64,000 nucleotides of DNA from contig CAJFCJ010000026.1 in the NCBI GenBank assembly GCA_904063045.1, positions 660,964-724,963 on the forward strand. Direction: 5' to 3'. The notes under the pieces are model-generated. The model saw only the letters and a program-made list of their open reading frames with translations, made no database searches and was not told the origin of the DNA. The stretch is from Dimorphilus gyrociliatus (Eukaryota > Animalia > Annelida). Positions 34,035 through 45,470 of this stretch are shown here, one piece after another. Numbering within the stretch: the first letter of the stretch is position 1; each line of letters begins with the position of its first letter. The translations under genes were made by a program, and so were the position numbers.

Positions 34035-35555
34035 TCAAATCACATTTGATTGAAATGTTTGAAGACGCGTGAATCTTCTTCTTCGTTTCGAAAAATTCAA
34101 AGTCGATTGGAAAAAAACGCCAATCTCTGGTCTCAAAGTTAAAGATGCATCGGCTTGTGCACTTTCAATACTAGCTTTCAATTCCTGTTTAGTTGATGTA
34201 TTGAATGGATTACACCGATAAATCATCAAAAAGAGTACAACTCCTATGGACCAAATATCGGCTTTAAGTGTCACGGGACGACTGTCAAATATAACCTCGG
34301 GAGGTTGAAACGCATAAGCTCCATAACAGTATTCGCTCTCACCAACAAAAGCGTATTGAAAATTAATTAATTTCAACCGTCCATTAACCGAAACGATACT
34401 AAAAAAAAAAAAACAAAACAAAGAAAAATGAATCCATTAAAATATTTTATAATAAGCCAGCGTTACCTTTGAGGCTTAATATTGCCATGTCCAATATTTT
34501 GCGCATGAAGAAATTTTACACCCTCAATAACCTGACTTATATAATAACAGCTGGAAGTTTGATTGAATATTTCCTTCTTCAAAACATCGTGCAAGCACGA
34601 TTCCCATTTTTCGAAAATTAGACATTCCTTAACATTGAAAAAGTCTGTTGAAAAAAAAAAGATGAAACAAACAAACAAACAAACAAACAAACAAACAAAA
34701 TGTCAAATACTAACAATCCAATAATCTGATAACATTTTTACAATTTAGCCTATAGATGCTCAGTTCCAAATCTTTAACTTCATTCACTCGTTTAAGCATA
34801 TAAACATATTTATCAGCTTTAGCGAATTCATAACCAGGATATTTTAAATTCTTCAGCGTCGCTGAGATGGTATAGTCGATAGTTTTAAAAAATGGTACAC
34901 AAGATGTAACGCCTTCTCCAGAATTGCTTAAAATTTCTGTAGAAAAAGGAAAAAACATTTTCATATTCATTCTCTCTCCAAAAATATTTTCTTTTATATC
35001 TACCTTCTTCGTCACTTTCGGCGTCACTGTTTTGATGACACACTTCGTGATCGTTCAAAAGTGATTTCTTATAGAACGTTCTTTTGCAGTATAAACACTC
35101 GTATCCTTCTATCTGTAATATATTATAATATAATATTTATGTAGATATATAAATAATATATACTAGCCTCTTCATCCTCAGTGCCCTTGCCCTAGATTTG
35201 GAATAAGTAAAAAAAAAAAAAAATATTAAATTTTTCACATAAATAACTTTTTCCTTCTTACTTTCGACTCCACATCACATCCAAGTCGTAAATGGCCACG
35301 AAAGCTAATCTTTTGCTTATAAGTTAAGCCGCATAATCTACATTCAAACTGGTAAATTTTGAAAAAAAAAATGGCTGATTAATTACGGTACACGTTAACG
35401 GTTTTTTTTTTTATGTCTGGTCAAAATTTTCAATTTTCCTCAATTATTTTCAATTATTCTCTATATCTATTTCGAATTATATGCAGAATATAAATACTTA
35501 CATGATTATTTTTATTCATAAACACTTGGGTTCTTGAACATTTTCTTTCCTCCAT
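34035..35555 (-). CDS. Zinc-finger / protein-kinase-fold (pseudokinase) fusion. Exons 35555-35502, 35348-35262, 35191-35168, 35112-35004, 34936-34715, 34644-34467, 34398-34035
   Basis: Fingers FECRLCGLTYKQKISFRGHLRLGC and YECLYCKRTFYKKSLLNDHEVCH. Kinase-like HGNIKPQS, LKLINFQYA, FQPPEV, KADIWSIGVVLFLM. Splice phases match (one intron needs a GC donor, or the micro-exon is skipped). Confidence 0.75.
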
Positions 35556-36014
35556 TTCCAATCAGTTTTAGTAAAGTTTCTCTACGTACTCAATACCGTT
35601 AACTTCAAAAATGATCTTCTTTAATATATTGATAACGCCATCTATAATCATATTCATATATATGTATATATAGTCAAGTGAATCAAAATTACAGATGGCG
35701 TTGGAAAATGAATAAAAAAATAAATATAGAAAGAAAGATTTAATAATTGCTTATTCGTTATCAATCAATTTGACCAAAGAGAAGAGACGATACATTGTAT
35801 GGAAGATGATCATGATCATCATCTTCATCATCATTATGATTTATATGAAAAGTATAATCCTAGCGATTAATTAAACAATTACAAATAAACAAACAAACAT
35901 TACTTACAACTTAGTGTATTTTTAATTTATATAGCAAAGTAAACATTTTTCAAAATCAATAATAGATCAAGTTATCATATAGCTTTAATCTGTAATAAGT
36001 AACAATGGGAAAAG

Positions 36015-36523
36015 CTAAAAGGGCTCGTAATTTTCCATAAGATTTTCCAGATCCACCTCGTTATCGCCGAATATCGCCTTCAAATCAAGAAAGGTAGAAT
36101 TTAGCAACAGCTCCGGCAGCGAGACTTTATTCGGTACCAGCTCTACAGACCTTGCGTCATACTTTGGACCGACATCATTAGATACTTTAGGTACAGCCGT
36201 AGGCAAGAGTCTACGCTTCTCTTCCCTATTAGTGTAGTCATTATCCTCAAAGTGGTCGCAACAAACTCGTTTCTTCCTAACAATCATCGGGTTGTTAACA
36301 AATTGTCGACTTAAATTAGCGTTTTGCAGTTGCGAAACCCATTTCTTGCACCTGAATGTAAAGAGGTTAAAAAGCACGTTTTATTGATAGATTAAGGGTC
36401 GTTAATGATTAAAACTTACATTTCAGGATCCCTTGGAAATCTGAAAAAATTCTTTGGGTTCTTCAAACCCGACACACTATCGCAGTTTAAAGCTTGACAC
36501 GAGAAACCAATACGCTTTGACAT
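36015..36523 (-). CDS. THAP-domain protein, exons 36523-36420 and 36352-36015
   Basis: CQALNC...FFRFPRDPEM|CKKWV...VCCDHFE...LLPTAVP is the C2CH THAP signature. Phase-2 intron AT|gtaagt ... ttcag|G. Confidence 0.85.
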
Positions 36524-37281
36524 ACTTTGGTTGATTTGGGACAAAAACACGCATGCGTAATCGACATTTTTCAAAAGATAAGCATCAAAAGGGCGGATAA
36601 AATTATTTACCAATGCTGATTGGTTAGAACGATAATATAGATATAAAACAAATATAAACAAACAAAACAATTTTTAATTTATACTATTACTGGATAAATA
36701 AGTCTATCAACAAATTGAAAAAATTGACTATACAATCTTGTTCATTTCTTTGCTTCTTCAAAACAATTTCAAAACTTTTCTATTTTTACATTAAACTTAA
36801 ATTTGAAGGAGGAAACAAGTGAAAATAAGCCGTTATATTTCCATTTTTTTTTTTACATTCTCCTCCTTCAAATCAAACAATGATCATGGCGGCTGTGCGA
36901 GTTATTCCCTTTCTCTTTTTCCTTTTTTTTTGCACAATACTTTTTCTAAATCGAAATAATGACGATAATCCCCCAATCCTTTTTACGTCAAACTATTTTT
37001 CTTACCGATAAAATTACATTAAAAATCCCCGACTATTGACTGAAAAAAAAAATATTATGCAATAAAAGAGCAAAGAGGAGAGAATGAAACAAGAAAGAAA
37101 GGATCCAAAAAGCTGTTAGCATTCATTACAGACAAATAAGCCAACAAGCGCCTTATACCCAATATATACAGTATATATACAGAAAGCTAAAACAAGAACC
37201 GCCAAATAAATGTTAACAAGAGAAAAAAAATAACAAAATAACAATAAAAATCACTTTAAACAAACAAACAATGACTACTTT

Positions 37282-40200
37282 TCAAGAATTTTCGGTTAGA
37301 TATCTATATCTTCTCCCAACAAACTTGAAAAGAGTTGTAAAAGTCGAAAGTTTTCCATCAAACAGGCGTTTTTTCAATGCACTATTCCACAACTGTTTCA
37401 CATCCGGAGCTAATTTATTATCAACAATATATTCCATATAAATTTTCAAATGAGATTCTGCTTTATTCATATTTTCCGTGTACAATTTTCGAACGTAATT
37501 CTGAGCGTCGTATAATTCGGCAAAGGTAGTCGGATCGCTATTTACTATTCGCCTCAAGGACGATAGTTTAGCTAAACATCTACTCTCAATAGTTGTGTTT
37601 GTTCCGTATTCCTTAATTAGTTTGTCCATTAATTCAACATACGAGTAAACGACGCTATTGTTCAATAAACCTAAACAATGCGCAACATTCCTACTAATTT
37701 GCGATGTAAGCAATTGATACTTAATATTTTCGGTCAGAGCGAAACGATTAACAATTTTATAATGACGACGTAGAAACTTTGGGAATTTATCAACTTCTCC
37801 GCTATATCTGTAATATCTATGAGATGTAAACCTTTTAAACTGCTCCTCGGACATCTGCTCCTTCTCCGAATCAGGTCTCAATATAGTTGGATTCTGTTTC
37901 GTCGCGTTGCGAAAGCGGCTCGTTTCGAAATAGTAATCGTCATCAGAGTCGTCGCTTTGCGAGCTTGCCATTAGACTGTTGGATTCGTCGGCGGAATGTT
38001 CATGACCTACGTTACCTGTATCATTCGAATTTGCGCGTGTGTATTCGATTTTTCTCCTCTTTTCTTGGGTACTTCCCAAATTATTTTCGTCGTCTTGCAT
38101 CTGCCTCTTCTTCACCGAAAACAATTTATCGAGTTGTTGATACAGCTTAGTAAAAAACTCATCATCTCGATCGCTTTTTTTCGCTAGTGTTTGCAAAACA
38201 GAACCTTGCTGATTTAAAGTTTCAAATAGAACTCTTTGACTAGTATTTATCTTAAGTAATGAAGAGCGATTTTCCTCCAAAGCTTGTTTTTGAATATCAA
38301 CCAACTTGGTTAAATTTTGTTGAAATTTATATAAAGATCCTCCGCCATTCGTCGAGTGGTCGATTGGAGTAAACTATGGATTTTGAATTATGTTAGTTTA
38401 TGTTGTAAAATTTTTTAGATATTAAATAGCCTAAGTCATCTTAATGAGTCTTTAGCCTTTTTTATACTCCAATCGTCCACTCACATTTCTCTGCTCGCTT
38501 TCAATAAACCTTTTTTCAATGGCATTAAGCCTCTGAATGATTGCGTTTGTGTCGTTTCCCCCGGTCGATTGTATGACATCATTTTGTACTCGTGCTTGTT
38601 CGTCGCCGTTGTTGTTGCTAGTGTCGTTGTTGCTGGTATTGCCATTGTCGTCGTCGTAGTCATCATTGTTGCCCATCAGATTCATAATCTCATTTTCATC
38701 CTCTTCTCTATTGCCTCTATCAGAATCAACAGTTGCGACGGAATTGCTTTGTATAATAGTTTTAGTAGTAATGTTGCTAATGTAACACTCTTGTTTGGTC
38801 ACTAGATAATTTGAAAAAGTGCAATGACTCGCTGCAAGAAAGTTTTCCAATTCTTCTAAAATATCGCTAGCATTTAAATTAGCAATAGCATCAGTTTCAG
38901 TAGCATTTTCAGTATCGGAACAAGGATCACAGTCCAAATCAACTTCGGCATCAAATTTAGTAACAACCGGCGAACCCACCTCTGAGGTAGTAAGATCCAC
39001 AATAGAGGTAGTACTGGGTGAAGACAAAGATTGAGTAACATTTGTAACAGTATTAACAGTATTATTAGTAGTCGTGAACGTGCTAGTTCCACATATATCA
39101 GCAACAGAAACAGTACTAACAGTGGGATTAGGACAAAAATCAGAAATAGAATCAATAATATCACTGATACTATTTGAATCATTGGTAGTATCAGCAGAAG
39201 AATCAACAACAGTATTAACGCCAGGACAAGAACTGTCACTGGTAGGAGGACAAAATTCAGGAATGGAACCTGTAATATTATTGATATCGAAATCAGCAGC
39301 TATGTCAATAGGTAAATCAGTGCCAGCATTAACGCTTGGATCGGTACTAGCATTGGGTTCAGAACGGAGTTCAGAAAGAGATTCTATAATGTTATATATA
39401 TCACTGATAGTAAGATCACTGTTAGTAGAAGCAGGAGAAGTAACATCAGCGTTAGAACCAAAACAAGGACTAGCACTGGGGCGAGAAGAAAACACAGGCT
39501 CAGACCCATCAGTAGCACTGATACTTGTAGAAACAATGCTGGTGCAAGTGTCAAGAGTAGCATTAACTCCAGATTCATAGGAACGAGGAATAACAGTAGG
39601 GCCAGAAGAAAACACAGGTATATAACCATCAGAAGTGCTGATGCTCATAGAAGCAACTCTTTTACAATTGCCAGGAGCAGCATTAACACCAGCGTTAACT
39701 CCAGATTCATTGGAACGAGGAATAACAATAGGGTCAGAAGAAAAAGCAGGTACACTACTATCAAAAGTACTGATGCTGGTAGAAGCAACGCTGGTGCAAT
39801 TTCCGAGAGCAGCATTAATACCAGATTCATTGAAATGAGGGATAAAACCAGGAGCTGTGCGAGGAGCAGCAACAGTACCATCATTAGTTCCAGCTCCACT
39901 GGAGCGAAAAGTGTAGTTAGGAATAGTACCAAGAGCAGCATTAAGACCAGCGCTTATTTCAGATCCACTAGAGTGAGAAGTGTAATTAGGAAAAGTACCA
40001 AGAGCAGCGTTAATATTGGCACTCATGGTGGAGGAAGAACCAACATTGGAACGGAGACCAAAAGCTGAAACAGAGCTAGCAGCACCTCTATAACTAGTAG
40101 CCATACTCGAACCAGCACCAGAAACAGTAGTATTACCAAAATTAACACGAGAAGCAAAACAAACGTTTGGACGAAAACCAAAGCCAGGAACAGAGCTATG

Positions 40201-41334
40201 AGCGATTCTATTACCAGCCGTAGCATTCGTACCAAGAGCAGCATTGATACCAGTATTTACGGTAGAGGCGGAATCAATATTGGGGTAGAGAGAAAAATTA
40301 GGAGTAGAGCTAGTAAACGCTCTACTAGAAATAATAACATTTGTACCAAGAGCAGCATTAACACTACCAATATTAACGGCAGAAGTAGAACGAACATTGG
40401 GCGGGAGGTAATATCCATAAACAGAACTAGTTGTTATTCTATTGCCAGATGGAGTATTCGAAAGTGAATCAAGTGCAGCATTAATATCAACATTTTCGGC
40501 AATGGGAGAACCAAGATTGGGACGAAAGTAATAATTAGGAATAGAATGATTAGAACCAGTATGTCTTATACTATTAGTAGTAACGCCATAAGTATAACCA
40601 ACAGTAGAATGAGCGTAATAGCCAGGAATAGAAGCACCAACAGTATCAACGCCAGAACCAGGACAAAATATCGAATTATTGCTCACAGTAATATTATTAT
40701 TCGTATTGTTGATATCATTATTAGTACTTAAAGCACTATTAATATCAGCATGAGCTCCTAAATCGGGATGAGAATAATAGCTGTAGGTAGCGTTAACAGC
40801 GTCAGTACTTGTAGAAGTAGCATTATGATCAGTTTCAGAATCAATTCCAACTGGTGCATAAACCCCATTACCTACGGTAATATTCATACTAGTATTAGAA
40901 TCAGAAATAGAAGATACAGTTTCAACAGCGTTGGAGACGTTCGAATTAGAATCATCGCTAGTTTGAAAACAAAATGTAGGAACAGGGCCATAAACATTAC
41001 TAATAGTAGTAGAAACGCTATTGACCATGTCGCTATAATTATGAATGCCGTTGTCTGTACTAGTACCAACGATAGTATCAATATCATAACCAAACGGAAA
41101 ATTTTCAGCCATACTACTATCCATATCAATATTCATATCTTTGTTATTCATTTCAGGTGCTTCAGTTGATGTAAAGAAAAGACGAATATTAATATAAAAA
41201 AAAGTGTCATATTTAAAGGCGGAAATATGAAAGCACTCCATATTCTTTCTCTTATAAACTTTTGGATTCTTTGGCATATTTCCGTCGTCATATTTAGTGG
41301 TTGAATGATTGTTCTTACCTTGTTGATTATTCAT
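37282..41334 (-). CDS. Spliced gag-derived gene: long S/T/N/G-rich repeat region + coiled coil + BEL/Pao Gag capsid-like domain (~1,240 aa). Exons 41334-41319, 41159-38485, 38304-37282
   Basis: Phase-0 intron 38484-38305 (AAT|GTGAGT ... ccaag|TTG) joins the 966-aa and 340-aa ORFs into one continuous coiled coil (RLNAIEKRFIESEQRN|LVDIQKQALEENR). C-terminal YSGEVDKFPKF...KYQLL...LIKEYG...LAPDVKQLW is DUF1759-like. No pol or LTR nearby. Confidence 0.75.
39480..40800 (-). repeat. Degenerate ~39-43-aa coding tandem repeat (about 9-11 units) with an INAAL core
   Basis: The DNA core gagcagcattaa and variants recur near 39555, 39680, 39808, 39931, 40000, 40232, 40348, 40472, 40732. Confidence 0.8.
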
Positions 41335-42212
41335 TTTTCGTCTTTCTTTCAATTCTATGGAAATTTTTTACATATAGTTGAAATAACATTAAATTAATAT
41401 ATCATCAAATACGTACCACTATCTTTTCTTCTTTTTAAATTGTCTTTATGTTGACAACACTCCGAATTTTGTTAAAGTGAACATGTAATGCAGCGTTGAG
41501 CTCTGTCAACGATTTAAAAGCGGGAAATTCAAATCTATATTTGCGTTTTTTGTTCCTATGTTTAAATCAAAGGTATTTGCTGTTTTAATAGATACTTTCA
41601 ATCATATTAGAGTCAACTTGAGGGATTTTTCGATGATTTACTTGATAATAAAGCAAATATTCTTACTTTTCCTAGTTTACTATTCTGGTGCCATCTACCG
41701 TTCTTCACACTAACTTATCACCTTGACCTCATGACATTCTCTCAATATCGCCTATTATCGCCGATATATGTAACAATATATTTAAAAATAACGTGAAAAT
41801 ACTATTAACTTGATAAGTTATTTAAACAATTACAAGAAGCAACTTCTTGTCTAATTTTCCTAACTCAAACATTCATACTTTTAAATTTTTCGCAAACAAC
41901 TGTATTTTCGCTCAAGGACAAAAATGGAACAAAGATGCTTAAAAGTTTAGAACAAACGAATGTCATGCTAAAATCCATTTATTATTTGTTTCCAGGCTTT
42001 TTAAATTGGCGTCTATTAGACGATGTAGTCTATATTTATTATAGCAATAGGCCTATTCTTGAAATCCAGATATTTTCCTTTTACTAGTTCAACTTAGCCG
42101 TAACTTCTACTCACTCCTGTATCTATAAAAGTTGAAATCACTCAATAAAAATACTTGTCAGACACTTTTTAGTGGAACATCGACTGAAAAAGACGCGTGA
42201 ACATCGAAAAAA

Positions 42213-42725
42213 ATGTCATCATTCAATACTAAACATAGATATGGCAACAGCCCTAAAGTTCTAACGAATGTTGACTTCCAAATTGAAATTATAGAAGTGT
42301 CCAGTGAAGATGAGATGGGCAATGTCGTATGTAAAGAAGAGGAATTGGAAGAAGAGGGATTAGAAGAAGATTGCATTGTAATATCAAGCGATGAAGAGGT
42401 GGAGGATATATCGAGAGAAAATGAAGCAAATACTTCATTAATGGAAGCAGAATCGTTTAATGGAATAGATTCAAATCAGATTTTTGTATATAATGAGAGT
42501 GATGGAACCGTAGAATATAGTGGAATTGGAGAAACTCTTGAATATGCCGAATCATCAGATGAAGAACTAAATCCTCCGTTGAACCGTATGTCTAGATTTA
42601 GTTTTTTTTATTCGTCAAACGACGATTCAGATGATGAAATGGACACAGGTGTAGACGAAGTGAAACTAAATGATCTTAACAAAGGAGTAGACTTGTCGGA
42701 CGAAGATAACACTAATCAACCTTAA
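42213..42725 (+). CDS. Highly acidic 170-aa protein with two SIM-like motifs
   Basis: Single ATG-initiated ORF with strong D/E bias; IEIIEVSSEDE and CIVISSDEE. Confidence 0.65.
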   Translation: MSSFNTKHRYGNSPKVLTNVDFQIEIIEVSSEDEMGNVVCKEEELEEEGLEEDCIVISSDEEVEDISRENEANTSLMEAESFNGIDSNQIFVYNESDGTVEYSGIGETLEYAESSDEELNPPLNRMSRFSFFYSSNDDSDDEMDTGVDEVKLNDLNKGVDLSDEDNTNQP

Positions 42726-43005
42726 AGAAAACGATAAAATCGGTAAATATAGTAACCTTTATAATAAAATAATGGTTTGTTTAAATAGTGCGAAAAGTTT
42801 TGAATACAAAAGTTTCATATAGATATTATCTACTTTATTAAAGTTGTTCAACTATTTCTCTTCTAAAGATAAGCTATTCTGTATAAGTAAAAGAAAATCA
42901 AGAAGAAATAATTTGTACAACAGAAAGGTTATTTTTCAATAAAACTTTTGTATTTCTTAAATCAGTGTTAAGGGAACAGAAAAGAATAACAAAAGATATT
43001 TTTCT

Positions 43006-43346
43006 TTAAAGAGATCTCTCCTGTCCATTACACACTGTACCATGTACTTTTTGATCCAAATCTCTCAGTGTTGTTTCCATATGATCCATTTCGATGTACA
43101 GTTGTGCTATTTCTTGCCGTTTTTGCCGAATTCTATAAAGATATTATTAGATTTTAATAGTTTATTATTAAATATTTCCTTACAGTTCTATGGTTTGCAT
43201 AAAGTTTTTGTCGAGTTCCGCAAGAAATTTATCTAACTGTTCATCGGTTGGATCTAAAAGATTTCAAAACAAATTAAAAATGTTTTATTTTCAAAGATAA
43301 CTTGGTACTTACCAAACTTTAAGACCTTCTCGTTGTTGTTTGACAT
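43006..43346 (-). CDS. Small coiled-coil protein (~77 aa), exons 43346-43313, 43253-43184, 43132-43006
   Basis: Two frame-consistent GT-AG introns. MSNNNEKVLKFDPTDEQLDKFLAELDKNFMQTIELIRQKRQEIAQLYIEMDHMETTLRDLDQKVHG. Confidence 0.55.
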
Positions 43347-43409
43347 AGTAGTAATGCGGGTATCGTTGATGATATGAATTTGAAATCAAAAGTGATTGGT
43401 CCGATTATT

Positions 43410-43440
<31 letters not shown>

Positions 43441-44709
43441 CTAGAATTTTTCCGTTAATTTACCGGTTAAAATCATTTTCGTAAGTAACGAAATTTTCAT
43501 GAATGATTATGGAACTATTAAAATTTTTCTTAAGTGAAAATAATCTTTCTTTAAGGATATAATAATATAATGAAAATTAATTTTAAAAAAAACTGGTACA
43601 ATATGAAAATTATCCCACAGTTAAATTGGATTGTAAACATTGAGATAAAAATGTTTCTATCACCAAAATCAACTGTTAACAAGTTTATCCTTCCTACTCC
43701 TGAATTTATCCAATAAAATAAGAAACAATGCTAATAGTTGAAAAGAAAGAGCTTTAAGCTTAAATTCGTATAATCTGATAAAAATTTCCGCAAATGAGTG
43801 ATAATATAAGCGATAAGTTTTATTCTATTAAATCTAATATAAAGAGGATAATAAACAAATATTAATTTTGAATAAAGTTTATTATCTACATATAATCAAT
43901 CTGCATTATTTAAGGAATATATCATTTTTGTTCGATTTCGTTCGATTTCGTTCGATTTTTCTTTGGAACAAAAAAAAAGAACAATTTATAGAATGAAAAG
44001 GTTAATTACCAGCAGAATACTTTAAATTCTAAACTAGATTTATGATTATAAGGAAAATGGAACGAGTTAACAGTTTAATCATTGAAAATTTCCGTCAAAT
44101 GTAGTGTAAAATGATAATTATACTACAGACTTTAACAATGAAGGGTTAGTCTTTTATTTAGATACTTAAATTAATATATTTCTAATATTATATCATTCTA
44201 TTTATAATTAGAGAGGCAGTTGAATGATTATTTATAGAATTTTTATTTTTTAGAGAATAGAATTGATTGATAAATTCTAGGAAAGAAGTCTAAACTATAT
44301 ATTGATACTGTTAGAGAGATAAATTTGGCTCTAAACAACAAAAAATAAAAAGACTAGAAGATTGTAATAAAATGCTTTATCATGTTAATGTTTGCAGATG
44401 ACAACTTTTCAAAGCTACGGAGTAATGGATAGAAAAAGTCGCCGAGGAAAAATATAGAGATACAATCGGAGATAATGTCTTATGATAGATCTCTGGCTGA
44501 TCCTCAATATGTTTTGATTATTATTTTAAAAGAAGTGAACAAAAAAAAAATGACCAAGTTAGGCGGCCTAGGTAGTCTCACCCAATGAGGCTAACATATA
44601 CAGTATGTATTCAAATATGGCTCATATCCGGTACTTTCTCATTAATGATTTCTCTCTCTCTCTCTCTCTCTCTTTCATTTACTCTCTCAATCTCTCTTGC
44701 TACTGAAAT

Positions 44710-45470
44710 ATGATACATAGCAATGGAAATACTTTTGTTTTTAATTTTTTGGCAAAAGCAGCAGTAGCTTTTACTTTTTTATCACTAGGATCAATATTTG
44801 CTATAGATCTGTTTATCATGAAATTCCATAAGTATTATTTGCGTGAAGTTATAAATAAAACAGAACACTATATAGAAATACCTCAAAGAAGCTTAAATGG
44901 TTTACTTTTAAACGATACCTGCCTGACCTATAAACCTTGGTTTGTTTTTATTAAATATGCTTTTATTAATTTACTAATTTGAATCCATTTTTAGGAAATA
45001 TATAGGCCTTGGATATTTATTCTACGCATTAAATCTTATTTCGACATTAATTTCGGTAGTTGTTTGGTGTGGATACAACAATTTCGAACTTTCTTCATTT
45101 GTTCACCATTTATATTTATTTTCCTTTAATGTTATTGGCTACTCAATCATTTTCATATTTCTCAAATATCATTCAATGGCAAACAAATTAAACTTGTATC
45201 AAGTTTGTCATCATAATTATAAAAAGTAGTATATAAACATTTATTCTTGTTTTTGTTTTATCTTTTTATCACTCTTTTATTTCAGCGATAATGAAATGTT
45301 TGTCAATTTGTGCTTATATAGCCTTCTCTACTTTTATTTACCTATGTCGATGATACTTTTGGTAAGTTTTCACATTTTTATAAACAACTAAACAAGAAAC
45401 AAATGAAATATTATGTTTTTGTTACTTTTTAAAGGTTTTTAGAATTTTCTTAAATTTCCTTCATTATTTG
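44710..45470 (+). pseudogene. Multi-pass membrane protein gene or pseudogene of unknown family
   Basis: Hydrophobic exons joined by plausible GT-AG introns (~44940-44995, 45362-45434), but exon 2 has an in-frame TAA near 45127. Confidence 0.35.

Noticed and set aside
40130-40385. RHIM-like tetrads (VNIG, VNFG) in the gag-gene repeats as NLR amyloid signalling motifs
   Set aside because: They lack the core Gln and flanking pattern of RHIMs; four-residue matches are expected by chance in this composition.
44050-44500. Exon-like fragments with AG/GT boundaries
   Set aside because: Stops in the frames examined; no consistent gene model.
14478-45130. TAA reassigned to Gln (in-frame TAAs at 14478, 16146, 16176, ~45127 sit where Q/E would fit)
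   Set aside because: TAA ends well-defined genes here (Rab5, NLR2, NLR3, longin, Ly6) and multi-kb ORFs contain no internal TAA, so these are better explained as nonsense mutations.
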